DNA of 64,000 nt from positions 14,942,001-15,006,000 of the forward strand of contig JBITNC010000002.1 of the NCBI GenBank assembly GCA_050084985.1. Reading direction: 5' to 3'. The translations under genes and the position numbers were made by a program. This document shows, piece by piece, positions 28,938 through 40,790 of this stretch (position 1 is its first letter; each line of letters begins with the position of its first letter). The notes under the pieces were generated by a model. The model had not been told where the DNA came from and searched no databases. It was given only the letters and a program-made list of their open reading frames with translations. The stretch is from Nageia nagi (taxonomy: Eukaryota; Plantae; Pinophyta).

Positions 28938-31343
28938 TTAAGTGGAGTTAGAAAGGTTCCCCCTATCACTTTTATCCCAAAAGAATAGGAAGCTGCTTGT
29001 CTTTTCCATTTTCTGAATGGATATGGGAATGGGCGGCGCCGACACATCTACAGTGCCCTCCATCATCCGCACCACCTGACTCATCGACGGCCTATCGTCC
29101 TCCTCGTCCTGAATGCACCATCCTGCCACCATCGCACCTCTGCTTACCTCCTCTCCCTCCACATCTTCCTCAATCCTCTTGTCGAGTACAGCCATAATGT
29201 TTCCCTTGCTGATCTCAGATACCGCCCACGCAGGAAAGAATACTTTACTAGATTCCGCATCCCCATCTATGTTTCTTCTCCCTGCAATTATTTCAAACAG
29301 AGTCATGCCGAAGCTGTAAACATCGGCTTTGGGAGTGATGGGCTGCCCGCATAACCACTCGGGCGCCAGGTACCCTCTCGTCCCTCTCGCGGTTGTCAAA
29401 ACGTTACTGAACTCTCTTCCCACCAGTTTCGCCAGCCCGAAGTCGGCAACCTTCGGGCAGAAGTCGGAGTCCAACAGTATGTTCTCCGGTTTGATGTCAC
29501 AGTGGATAATGCAATCTCTGCATTCCTCGTGCAGATAGAGGATTCCCCTGGCAACTCCCAACGCGATTCGAAATCGCGTCTTCCAGTCCAAAACATTCGA
29601 TTCATCGAACAGAAAAGTATTGAGGGAACCATTGGGCATGCAGTCGTAGACCAGCAATCTGTTTAATCCCTCGCAGCAAAATCCCCGCAGTCGAACCAAA
29701 TTCACATGCTGTATAATCCCCAAAGTGCTCACCTCCGTGCGGAACTGCTTCTCTAGATGAGCATGGGTCGTCCCTTCCAATATCTTCACCGCCACCAGAG
29801 ACTTGTCCCGGAGAGTGCCCTTGAACACAGACCCGAATCCTCCGCCTCCCAACCTCTCAGAAAAATTTTGGGTCGCAACCTGCAGCTGTTTGTAGCTGAA
29901 AATGGTTAGAGCCGCTGAAGCGCCATAATCCGCCGACTTTGTAAACGATCTGTGCCTTCGTAACAGAACTACAAAAACGACGCCAGAAATGGTGACCAGT
30001 CCCATAACGGCTCCTACCGCTGCTCCGGCAACATATGTCTTGTGAAATCTGGTAGATGATTTCGGCAGATCAGAGGCGGCTACTCTCACAAACAGGGGTG
30101 AACCGTTGGAGGTGTCATCGTATAGATTGAACAGGTCGGTGAACCACAATTGACAGGTCGAAGCATGATTATTAGTACCGTGAGAGTATGCAGTGCACGA
30201 ACAATTGCTGAGACAAACCTTCTTGCACTCTTCCTCTGCCATCGGCCTATGGTATGCGATCGCCCCAGGTGGAGTAGATATACCGGTTAGCTGCAGAAAC
30301 CCTTGGCTGTTACCGTCTTGGCAATCTTGCGGGGTATTCCTTACACACCCGGCCGACCATTCCTGGGAATCCCATGCTTCATTATCTTTGGGTCTGAAAC
30401 CGTGAAGACAGTTGCAGGATTGAACGTTATTTTGGTTGCATAGTCCGTAGGCTCCACAGCCTGCATAAACGGCGCACTGCTTTCCCGGTTGCGACCAGAA
30501 AAGGGTCCACGTTGTGTTGTCCTGCAAGAAGGAGATTCTGATTTCGCCTGACACGGCGAGCATCATGATGAAGCGCGACAGATACGTGAGAAGAGGATCC
30601 ACGGAGAAATTAATATATTTCGAATCACCATCACTTACAACGCTGAAATTGTATCGAATGTTGCGTACCGTGAGAGGAGCTAGGCTGTACGATTTGCCGT
30701 CCCAGATTCCCGTATTCCAGTATATGACGGAATTGTTCCACATCAGCACAACGTTACTGGCACCGGACGGATTTATCTGCAGACTGAAGAGGCCTGGACT
30801 TGGATTTCTACTGGTCTCCCACGAATTCAGAGTCCGGCCAAACGTAATCCTCATCCCGGGCATCCATACATTTCCAGGAGTGTCAAAACTTTGCCAAACA
30901 ATTTGAGACTTGTTCTCCGCACTCATCAGAACCAGATTACTTGTATCTGTTATCACTGCAGAAGAAGCTTTTATCGTCCCACTTGTGGACCAGATGACAG
31001 AGTCCCCTTGAGAGAGCACAAGTCCACCGTTCTCTGTGAGACTGAAGACGGCAGAGGCGTTTTGCAAGGGTTTGTCTCTGTTTGCAATCCATACGATTGT
31101 CTGCTGTGGGACTTGAGCATACCAAATACCCACATACCATTTGTTGGTATCTTGTAAATTGAAGAAACCCAGCTTGAAGATACCATTGTTGGAAACCCTG
31201 GTTTCAGAGGCTGTGAGAGGTTTTCCGACGAGGATAGTGTCAGAAAGTCTGTCTACGGCAGACTTTGGAGGAACCAAGAGCAGAGTCAGCATCAAAACAG
31301 AGAAGCAAACGTGAGAGAGCGCTGCCCGATCTTGACTGTACAT
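28938..31343 (-). CDS. G-type lectin S-receptor-like Ser/Thr kinase (intronless, At2g19130/SD-2-like, non-RD), 801 aa, copy 1
   Basis: Signal peptide; B-lectin (FKLGFF, WYVGIWY, VWIANRDKP, WQSFDTP); S-locus glycoprotein; EGF (CAVYAGCGAYGLC..CNCLHGF); PAN (C...CLSNCSCTAY); TM; kinase GGGGFGSV, VAVK, HCDIKPEN, DFG, APE. Confidence 0.97.
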   Translation of the reverse strand: MYSQDRAALSHVCFSVLMLTLLLVPPKSAVDRLSDTILVGKPLTASETRVSNNGIFKLGFFNLQDTNKWYVGIWYAQVPQQTIVWIANRDKPLQNASAVFSLTENGGLVLSQGDSVIWSTSGTIKASSAVITDTSNLVLMSAENKSQIVWQSFDTPGNVWMPGMRITFGRTLNSWETSRNPSPGLFSLQINPSGASNVVLMWNNSVIYWNTGIWDGKSYSLAPLTVRNIRYNFSVVSDGDSKYINFSVDPLLTYLSRFIMMLAVSGEIRISFLQDNTTWTLFWSQPGKQCAVYAGCGAYGLCNQNNVQSCNCLHGFRPKDNEAWDSQEWSAGCVRNTPQDCQDGNSQGFLQLTGISTPPGAIAYHRPMAEEECKKVCLSNCSCTAYSHGTNNHASTCQLWFTDLFNLYDDTSNGSPLFVRVAASDLPKSSTRFHKTYVAGAAVGAVMGLVTISGVVFVVLLRRHRSFTKSADYGASAALTIFSYKQLQVATQNFSERLGGGGFGSVFKGTLRDKSLVAVKILEGTTHAHLEKQFRTEVSTLGIIQHVNLVRLRGFCCEGLNRLLVYDCMPNGSLNTFLFDESNVLDWKTRFRIALGVARGILYLHEECRDCIIHCDIKPENILLDSDFCPKVADFGLAKLVGREFSNVLTTARGTRGYLAPEWLCGQPITPKADVYSFGMTLFEIIAGRRNIDGDAESSKVFFPAWAVSEISKGNIMAVLDKRIEEDVEGEEVSRGAMVAGWCIQDEEDDRPSMSQVVRMMEGTVDVSAPPIPISIQKMEKTSSFLFFWDKSDRGNLSNST

Positions 31344-31345
31344 TT

Positions 31346-31417
31346 TTACATGACAGAGGAAACTAAGGAGCCCGTTGATCCTGGGCGAGACACTGCATTT
31401 TTTTTGGCACTGGCCAT
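31346..31417 (-). promoter_or_regulatory. Putative 23-aa uORF (MASAKKNAVSRPGSTGSLVSSVM*) ending 2 nt before the kinase ATG
   Basis: Minus strand gctATGGcc...gtcATGTAAaaATG; transcription start site unknown. Confidence 0.5.
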
Positions 31418-32959
31418 AGCAGGCTACCGCATTTGTTTATCTCTGCAGATAATTCTTTTTCTATGGTATTTCGTGTCACTAAACAAAGCCAAACACAGTA
31501 AATGGGAGTTCGAATGATTGACCATTTCAAGATTAATTAGTTATTTTAGAAATATGCGTTTTGTCAAACTTACAAGGTTCGGTGGAAAGCAGGTGAGGAC
31601 TATCCGATCAAATTCCTTAGACGACAGAAACATAAATATAAAAAATTATTTGGAAGTGGTATATAGTTTGTAATCAATGCTATTTATTTGGAAGTGGGGT
31701 TTTGAAATCATACTTGATAAGCAAGTTATTTGAATGTTTCGTTTGGGTCTTTATAAATAGTATTAAAACATATCATTACATATTAATTTTAAAAGCTGAA
31801 TTTGCATTTAGTTAGAAGTTTCGTGAGATTGATTTAATAATAATAGTATAAATTTGACTATTATATATAATTTGTAAGAGAGAATTGACTTGGACCATAT
31901 TAATATCTTGTATTTTAAAAAATGATGAAGTATTTGTAATTTTTTAAAGTTGTTTATTAAGAATACTAATATATGAAAATGTTGAGAGTTATTTAATTTA
32001 GAGGTACCTATTTTATTTTTTGGTGGTGTGATATGAAAGTTAGGTATCTAAATATTGATATTTTTCATTGATTTTTACATATATATTTTACATATTTGAG
32101 TTAATAATGTTCATAAATTGAATTGTGAATATAAGAGTTGAAATAAAATTATGATTATAAATTAATTTCAAATAAAATTTTATGAAGTTTTTTTTATATA
32201 TTATATAAATATTATTTTTAAACTATGTAAAATTATTAAATTAAAATATTAAAAAAATATTATTTGTTAATAAAGATACAATACATATCACACAAAATAT
32301 ATTATTTATAAAGAAAAATATAATAATCATCAAACAATGATAATTGAATATCAAACAACGATTAACTATGCAAAAGAAAGAGTTGTGGATTAATTTTAAC
32401 CATTTATTTATACCAATGTTAAGATGGTAGACTAATTGGTTAATTGTTATATGATCAAATAGACATTTGATAATTAAGTCCTTTGCCACTATCACTATAC
32501 AATGCCTCTATGTGTAATAAAAAAATTGCATACTAATTTTAAGAGTTGAATTTAGATTTATTTAAAAGGTATGTTTCTTTGTTTCTTTGAATTTGAATTT
32601 GGTTTGTTTCTTTGTTAGCCTTTGTTTAACTTCCAGTTCTTCTACACTATAGTTATTTGTGTCAGACTCAAAGGATGGAGTATCTTCGTTGTACAAAACT
32701 TCATGGACTTATGTTTCTTGCTTAATCATGCATGCAAAACATCGCTAGCATTGTGGGGAGCATTGGTGTTAGCTCTCTTGCATCTTAGGCTACATGTTTT
32801 CCCTGATGGAATGGATGATGTATTTATCTTTGAATTTGTATAAGTTTATCTTTCTTTCTTCGATATCAAATTCTTGAACGTTAACTGTAGATTTTTCTTT
32901 TTCTTTGATCTTGTTTAATGGAATAAAAGTGGCCTCCACTCTTTCACTCAAAGATTTCA

Positions 32960-34250
32960 GATCATCCTCGATATATATTTTACGATTCTATCCTTCATGT
33001 TTGAATTATAAATACATGTGAAGACTAGATGAAACTACCCTAATGGAATTAAAGGATTTAATTCTTAAAGAATAAAATCTCAATCTACTAAGATCACTTG
33101 AAATCTCTCTTTAACATCAACACTCAAATCATAAACGCAATACCCAATCTCACAAATTTGACATACAATACACCACTAGAACTAAGATATTTCTCATTCA
33201 AAAAGATAACTCTCTTACAAGACCTCTTTCTTGCTCTCCTAACACTAATCCTAGAGCATAACTTTGCTTCAACTTTTTGGTGTGTGATCTAAAGGGGAGG
33301 GCTTTCTATTTATAGACCAAAATCCTCCTTTGGATCACTCTTTTAACCATTGTACAATATGATGACATACATCACCCTTTTACCCAAGAGGCAAGCTCAT
33401 GAGAAAGAGTGTAGTACAAGTTACATTATCATATTCACTTAAATATTTAAGGTATCTAGGGATACCTTTAAGTATTGATGAATTTACAAGAAGAACATTA
33501 CAAAACCTTATAATAATGCATTATACATTTTAACATAAATGGATCCATAGTCTTCCTAAGAAGAAGTTATAAGGTAACCTTTTTTCCATCACATAAACGT
33601 TGGTTTCTACAATCTTTGATCCCACTTTTGTTGGAATATGTGTGAAGTCTATCCACTATTTCTTAGCATTGTCAAAGCCTTGGATTCGTACCTTTGATTT
33701 TCCAATCTTTTTGACATGCTTCTCATCAAACTCTTGTTAACTTCCTCTTATACATCCACTAGTTCCTAACCAATGGCTTCCTTCTCATGGACCTAGTCCT
33801 TACATGTGTCCTCCTAAGATAATTTCATGACTACCTCCTTTGTGGTATAACTTGGTCCATTTTTGGCTCCTCCATCTGTACCTCCTCATCTTCTTCCTCG
33901 TACTCTATTTTTTGCATCCTTAGATTCCTCATAATATATAATAATCTTCTTTTTAAAATTTTAAGCCTCTACTAACTTGGACTTGGGGACCTTATTATTC
34001 ATGAAGATTCTTTCTCTTACCTTTTTTATTAGCATTTAGGATGAATTCCTCTACATCGAACTTTGATAGGTCCTTCCATGTCTTTCTTACTTTCCCCTCC
34101 TTATTTCTATCTCTAAATTCTTTTTGTTTAGAGCCCAATTATAATTACTCCTTCCATATGGGGAGACCACTCTTTCAAGGAGTACTTCCAATATTTTTAA
34201 CTCCCTTCCTAACAACCATGTGTATCATAATCATCTTCAATAACCCCTTA
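32960..34250 (-). mobile_element. Gypsy (Tat/Ogre-like) gag-protease relic interrupted by the solo LTR
   Basis: Minus-strand IQGFDNA...KVGSKIVETNVYVMEKRLPYNFFLGRLWIH just right of the LTR, and FKHEG just left of it. Confidence 0.6.
33019..33535 (-). mobile_element. Solo Copia LTR related to the LTR at 24785-25275
   Basis: tgaag...taaca termini; the right ~260 bp align to ~25020-25275 (ttctatttatag.ccaaaatcct...aataatgcattatacatt..aaca); no clean TSD. Confidence 0.8.
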
Positions 34251-34949
34251 TGAAAGGGGATTTTATTTTTGAATCTTTAGCATTATTGGTAGATTTTTTT
34301 TGACGAATTAAGGAGAAACACCAAGATGTTCATGGGAATACTAAGCATAATATAATTTATAATAGTTATGTGGTGGTTAAATAAACATCTATACTTCCCC
34401 ACTAGTGTTAAGTATCTCATTACTAACGTTGGGACCCTAGCATAGGGCTTTGGAAGATATTCCCTTATAATGCTCCATTGTAACCATGAATTTTGTTAGC
34501 CACTCCTATTGATTTATATTCTCCCTTAAGATTATGTTACCTACATCTGGTAAGGAGAATCATGAAATAAAGCCCTCACTTTTACAAAACCATTATCACA
34601 TGAAGCCACTAATTATCAAGAGAGGTTTTCATCATGCCCAATAAATTTTTTAAATTAGTCTAGGAGTCATAATACCATCAATAACAAGATGATATCATGA
34701 TTAGCTTTGAAGTATTATGACTTTATTTTAACAATATATCCCCTTATTGTAATACACTAGCTCTATTGATGTTGTAGAGGAGATGAGAAGGTAAAAAAAA
34801 TTTGAACCACCCAAGTAATGATAGATATGCTAAGTCCATCATAGTTAGTAGTCATGTTGCATGCGAGGTGTTAGGTTGGCCCTCCCCTCCTTTGGAAAGT
34901 GTCCCATGAGACCTAATTACCTTGAGCAAGAAAATCCTTTCTAATGTTA

Positions 34950-37700
34950 TTTGATGATTTCTAACATCATTCTAGTTTACTTGGTACCTAATGTCGTTGC
35001 CAACACTTTGTACTCTCACATAACTTATTTGGACATTGCTTCTTTAGGTGATTTTTTGATGATCGTAATAAATGGATATGTGATGGTATCTTGAAAAATA
35101 TTTTTCTACTAGAACTTCTCTTCCTTTATTAGTAAAGTATTTTTTACAATATTATCATGGTGGTTTTGCTTCACAAGAGTTAACACTAGCTTTGGATGCC
35201 TATAGTGCGATCATACATGAGAAGCTTTTTATGATCCAAAAGAATTTTATGATAAGCCATTATACCTCAATTATCTTATAGTTGATGCCCTCTCCCAAAT
35301 GGAAAATGACAAATCTCTTAGTTTGGAGCATTTTTGCTATGAATTTTACAAATAATTTTGGGATATGATTGGTCCTAATCTTATTCATGTCTATCAACGA
35401 GCCACGATTACTAACTCATTAGTCTCTATAACAAATAAAGGAAATATTAAATTTATCACTAAGTAGGATGATTATGAGTTGATAAAAAATTAAAGGCCAA
35501 TTACCTTCTTAAATGTCAATTAAAAGATAATTGCTAAAGCCTTGGCTTTGGGCCTTAAAATTTTATTATTGCTCATGAATTATTTATAGTGAACAAACAT
35601 GGTTAATTTAGAATCACCACATTTTAGATAATGTTATTATTTTTTGGGAGGGTATGGAATGGACCCATTCTACCTAACAAAATACACCTCTTCATAAAAA
35701 TTGAATTTGAAAAGGTGTATGATTGTATTGAATGGAATTTTATCTTGGCTATGTTTAAATCTCTAGGATTTAATTTCAATTTCTTGAGATATATTTGTAT
35801 ATGTTTTTCTAAAGCCTCTATTGTACTCACTCTTAATATTATTAACATGAGATAATAAGCTTATTATGTTCGGTTAGGAAATTTTTTCCTTTAGCCTTTT
35901 CCTCATATATTATGGTCATTGAATCTTTTGGGTACCTTCTTGTTCACAAAGTTAGCCCAGGGAAATATCCATAGTATTTCTCTACTTGTCCAACTTCCTC
36001 TCAACTTATGAATGGTCATTTTACAAATGATTTTTTCACCATCCAAGAGAATGAGCATTATGTCAAACATGTGTTGGAATGATTGTATAGTTTTTGTAAA
36101 CATTTAAGTTCATGTATACAATGGAGAAAAACCTCCTATTTCAAACAATCTTAGTTGCCCCTACTAAGTTGGCTTACCAATTTTCAATGGCATTGGATTG
36201 AACCTAGTGAAATAATAAAATTTCATGAAATCCCTTTTGTATTTAAATGCTCCCTTTATTATCTTTGAAATTTGTTCTTCAAAAAATTGAAAATGAAATT
36301 TCTTATTGGATTACCAAGAAGCTTACTCTTGTTGTTAAATTTCAATTTTATTTAAAAATTATGGCTACTACCCATGTATATTACTCTTCATGTTGGGTGC
36401 CTTCTCATTCTTATTATAAGAAGCTAGTAAAACTCTTATGAGATTTTCTATGGGATAATTATTGAATAATGGTTGCTACCCATTCTAGAAAAAAAGGGGC
36501 TTCCATAAGGTGGCTTGGGAAATTTTTTATTTCCCTAAAAATGCAAGGGGCATGAGTATGATTGATTTCTAAATATAAGGAACTGTTTTATGTGCCAAAT
36601 GTAATTTTCAAGCACTTAAAAGTTCTAATACTTGGAAGACTCTTATTCGATTCAAGCCTTAATTGTTGTGACTCGGAAAAGGGGCAAATAAAGGTGCCTT
36701 AATTTCCTGTCTTAATATTTGGTGGTCTCCTATGATTTCTCATGATGGTTTTCCTCTTTTTGTTGTAGTAAGAAATTTTACAGAAAAAGAATCTTTATTG
36801 GTCCATATTTCTTCTCCAAAAAGTTTAGAGACTAGATCCCTTGAAGGATTTCAAAAGGTTATATTAGCTTAAGCTTAAAGATAAAGGAACCTATGATGTT
36901 GTTATGAATAATATTCCCTTTTCTCTCTAGCCTAAAGTATACAAATATTCCTAAAAAACATAATGGCCCAATTAGGGATGGTATAAGAATACCCCTCTTT
37001 TTAGCTATGAGCATAAACACATATTTTTGGATTATCTCTCATGTCCTTATGGCTCAAAAAACTCAATGAACGAAGGGATTTTTTTATCTTCCCAATGTAA
37101 ATTGAGTTCTCCATTCAAAATGGCATGGGTAGATTATGTGGAACTTAAGATTTTTTTTTTCCTAGAGTCTCTTATCTCATGGTCTCCCCATGGGTCAAAG
37201 ATTTATGTATCTTGGTGTAGAGAATGTAACCTGCCTATTCTATGGGTCTTCTAAGAACCTCTTCATGTTTTTTGGCATTATTGAAAATCTCGTATGGCTT
37301 AGGATTGGTTAGAATTCTTTTTTCATACCTTATATGTCACATTCTTTCACTTGGTATTTTCTTGGAGACGCTCTTGAATTTTCAATTCTCTTACTTGAAG
37401 TTTGGAATATCCTTCATATCAATTTTTTTCATATTTGGAAAAACTGCAATAGATTTTTTTCCAATATAGTAGTTTTAATGATTTTTTTCTTATTGACAAA
37501 TGTCTAGTTGATTATGATTTTTGATTCTAGATTTCAATTCAAGGTAACAAGGTAAATATGGAGGTTGATCACCTACAAACTCTAGTAGATCACTTGGGAA
37601 TTGCCCTATGTATAAATTTTTGTGTGCCTCTTGTAACTGCTTCTCTTGAGCCTTCCCAATCCATGAGACTTCTAGGTTGTGGTCTCACAATCGATCTCCC
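34950..37700 (+). mobile_element. 5'-truncated decayed L1-type LINE ORF2 (RT and downstream region)
   Basis: YEFYK*FWDMIG, NKGNIKFI, RPITFLNVN*KIIAKALA, KIEFEKVYDCIEWNFILAM, THVYYSSCW; many stops. Boundaries approximate. Confidence 0.85.
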
Positions 37701-38304
37701 TCTCGATTAATGGTTCATTCTAGTGAGACACATTAATCTCAATCACCTCCTATTTCTAAACACAAAGGAAATAATGGTACCGATACATCTCATAGTAGTG
37801 GAGGATGGGATGTTTGCCTAATGAGGTTGGGGAGCCCAAGATGTGTGGTCGATGACTTCAAAGAATGTAGTGTGTAGGATTATTTTGATGGCTTTAACAA
37901 TCCTAATGCTATTAGAGGAAATGATCACATAATGGATAATGCTTTCACGTTCCATCAAACTAATGAATGCATATAAAGAAAAGTGAAGATCCACTTCAAG
38001 ATAATACTCATAATGATTTCTAATATATATATTTAACCATTTATTATTTTGTTGAAACAATTTTAAAGAATGTAAACATTTACCTTGATTTTATCATTTT
38101 ATATATACTTTTCTAACTCAAAACTTAACGTTGATTTACTTTGAATACATAGTGAAATGTGCTTTACCCACCCACTCTTTTACATTGTCAAAGTCATTTA
38201 TATTACTTTAATATAAAACTTTTTCATTAAAAAAAAAACTTCCATTTGATAATATTACAAGCCACAAAATACTTTATTCAAGGTATGCACCACACTTTCT
38301 TCCG

Positions 38305-40716
38305 TTACTTCGAAGTGGAGTAAGATTGATTATCGCTTTGACCTTTATCCCAAAAGAATAGGAAGCTGCTTGTCTTTTCCATTTTCTGAATGGATATGGG
38401 AATGGGCGGCGCCGACACATCTACAGTGCCCTCCATCATCCGCACCACCTGACTCATCGACGGCCTATCGTCCTCCTCGTCCTGAATGCACCATCCTGCC
38501 ACCATCGCACCTCTCCTTACCTCCTCTCCCTCCACATCTTCCTCAATCCTCTTGTCGAGTACAGCCATAATGTTTCCCTTGCTGATCTCAGATACCGCCC
38601 ACGCAGGAAAGAATACTTTACTAGATTCCGCATCCCCATCTATGTTTCTTCTCCCTGCAATTATTTCAAACAGAGTCATGCCGAAGCTGTAAACATCGGC
38701 TTTGGGAGTGATGGGCTGCCCGCATAACCACTCGGGCGCCAGGTACCCTCTCGTCCCTCTCGCGGTTGTCAAAACGTTACTGAACTCTCTTCCCACCAGT
38801 TTCGCCAGCCCGAAGTCGGCAACCTTCGGGCAGAAGTCGGAGTCCAACAGTATGTTCTCCGGTTTGATGTCACAGTGGATAATGCAATCTCTGCATTCCT
38901 CGTGCAGATAGAGGATTCCCCTGGCAACTCCCAACGCGATTCGAAATCGCGTCTTCCAGTCCAAAACATTCGATTCATCGAACAGAAAAGTATTGAGGGA
39001 ACCATTGGGCATGCAGTCGTAGACCAGCAATCTGTTTAATCCCTCGCAGCAAAATCCCCGCAGTCGAACCAAATTCACATGCTGTATAATTCCCAAAGTG
39101 CTCACCTCCGTGCGGAACTGCTTCTCTAGATGAGCATGGGTCGTCCCTTCTAATATCTTCACCGCCACCAGAGACTTGTCCCGGAGAGTGCCCTTGAACA
39201 CAGACCCGAATCCTCCGCCTCCCAACCTCTCAGAAAAATTTTGGGTCGCAACCTGCAGCTGTTTGTAGCTGAAAATGGTTAGAGCCGCTGAAGCGCCATA
39301 ATCCGCCGACTTTGTAAACGATCTGTGCCTTCGTAACAGAACTACAAAAACGACGCCAGAAATGGTGACCAGTCCCATAACGACTCCTACCGCTGCTCCG
39401 GCAACATATGTCTTGTGAAATCTGGTAGACGATTTCGGCAGATCAGAGGCGGCTACTCTCACAAACAGGGGTGAACCGTTGGAGGTGTCCTCGTATAGAT
39501 TGAACAGGTCGGTGAACCACAATTGACAGGTCGAAGCATGATTATTAGTACCGTGAGAGTATGCAGTGCACGAACAATTGCTGAGACAAACCTTCTTGCA
39601 CTCTTCCTCTGCCATCGGCCTATGGGATGCGATCGCCCCAGGTGGAGTAGATATACCGGTTAGCTGCAGAAACCCTTGGCTGTTACCGTCTTGGCAATCT
39701 TGCGGGGTATTCCTTACACACCCCGCCGACCATTCCTGGGAATCCCATGCTTCATTATCTTTGGGTCTGAAACCGTGAAGACAGTTGCAGGATTGAACGT
39801 TATTTTGGTTGCATAGTCCGTAGGCTCCACAGCCTGCATAAACGGCGCACTGCTTTCCCGGTTGCGACCAGAAAAGGGTCCACGTTGTGTTGTCCTGCAA
39901 GAAGGAGATTCTGATTTCGCCTGACACGGCGACCATCATGATGAAGCGCGACAGATACGTGAGAAGAGGATCCACGGAGAAATTAATACATTTCGAATCA
40001 CCATCACTTACAACGCTGAAATTGTATCGAATGTTGGGTACCGTGAGAGGAGCTAGGGTGTACGATTTGCCTTCCCAGATTCCCGCATTCCAGTATATGA
40101 CGGAATTGTTCCACATCAGCACAACGTTACTGGCACCGGACGGATTTATCTGCAGACTGAAGAGGCCTGGACTTGGATTTCTGCTGGTCTCCCACGAGTT
40201 CAGAGTCCGGCCAAACGTAATCCTCATCCCGGGCATCCATACATTTCCAGGAGTGTCAAAACTTTGCCAAACAATTTGAGACTTGATCTCCGCACTCATC
40301 AGAACCAGATTACTTGTATCTGTTATCACTGCAGAAGAAGCTTTTATCGTCCCATTTGTGGACCAGATGACAGAGTCCCCTTGAGAGAGCACAAGTCCAC
40401 CGTTCTCTGTGAGACTGAAGACGGCAGAGGCGTTGTGCAAGGGTTTATCTCTGTTTGCAATCCATACGATTGTCTGCTGTGGGACTTGAGCATACCAAAT
40501 ACCCACATACCATTTGTTGGTATCTTGTAAATTGAAGAAACCCAGCTTGAAGATACCATTGTTGGAAACCCTGGTTTCAGAGGCTGTGAGAGGTTTTCCG
40601 ACGAGGATAGTGTCAGAAAGTCCGTCTACGGCAGAGTTTGGAGGAACCAACAGCAGAGTCAGCATCAAAACGGAGAAGCAAACGTGAGAGAGCGCTGCCC
40701 GATCTTGACTGTACAT
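38305..40716 (-). CDS. G-type lectin S-receptor-like Ser/Thr kinase (intronless, non-RD), 803 aa, copy 2
   Basis: Same architecture as copy 1; 15 aa substitutions plus a different C-terminal tail. The duplicated block is ~38235-41013 versus ~28860-31650. Confidence 0.97.
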   Translation of the reverse strand: MYSQDRAALSHVCFSVLMLTLLLVPPNSAVDGLSDTILVGKPLTASETRVSNNGIFKLGFFNLQDTNKWYVGIWYAQVPQQTIVWIANRDKPLHNASAVFSLTENGGLVLSQGDSVIWSTNGTIKASSAVITDTSNLVLMSAEIKSQIVWQSFDTPGNVWMPGMRITFGRTLNSWETSRNPSPGLFSLQINPSGASNVVLMWNNSVIYWNAGIWEGKSYTLAPLTVPNIRYNFSVVSDGDSKCINFSVDPLLTYLSRFIMMVAVSGEIRISFLQDNTTWTLFWSQPGKQCAVYAGCGAYGLCNQNNVQSCNCLHGFRPKDNEAWDSQEWSAGCVRNTPQDCQDGNSQGFLQLTGISTPPGAIASHRPMAEEECKKVCLSNCSCTAYSHGTNNHASTCQLWFTDLFNLYEDTSNGSPLFVRVAASDLPKSSTRFHKTYVAGAAVGVVMGLVTISGVVFVVLLRRHRSFTKSADYGASAALTIFSYKQLQVATQNFSERLGGGGFGSVFKGTLRDKSLVAVKILEGTTHAHLEKQFRTEVSTLGIIQHVNLVRLRGFCCEGLNRLLVYDCMPNGSLNTFLFDESNVLDWKTRFRIALGVARGILYLHEECRDCIIHCDIKPENILLDSDFCPKVADFGLAKLVGREFSNVLTTARGTRGYLAPEWLCGQPITPKADVYSFGMTLFEIIAGRRNIDGDAESSKVFFPAWAVSEISKGNIMAVLDKRIEEDVEGEEVRRGAMVAGWCIQDEEDDRPSMSQVVRMMEGTVDVSAPPIPISIQKMEKTSSFLFFWDKGQSDNQSYSTSK

Positions 40717-40718
40717 TT

Positions 40719-40790
40719 TTACATGACACAGGAAACTAAGGAGCCCGTTGATCGTGGGCGAGACAATGCATTTTTTTTGGCACTGGCCAT
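40719..40790 (-). promoter_or_regulatory. Putative 23-aa uORF (MASAKKNALSRPRSTGSLVSCVM*) upstream of kinase copy 2
   Basis: Same length, frame and ATGTAAaaATG junction as in copy 1. Confidence 0.5.

Noticed and set aside
28997-31517. Antisense and alternate-frame ORFs over kinase copy 1 (and their twins at 38370-40893)
   Set aside because: Shadow ORFs of a GC-rich CDS; they recur only because the gene is duplicated.
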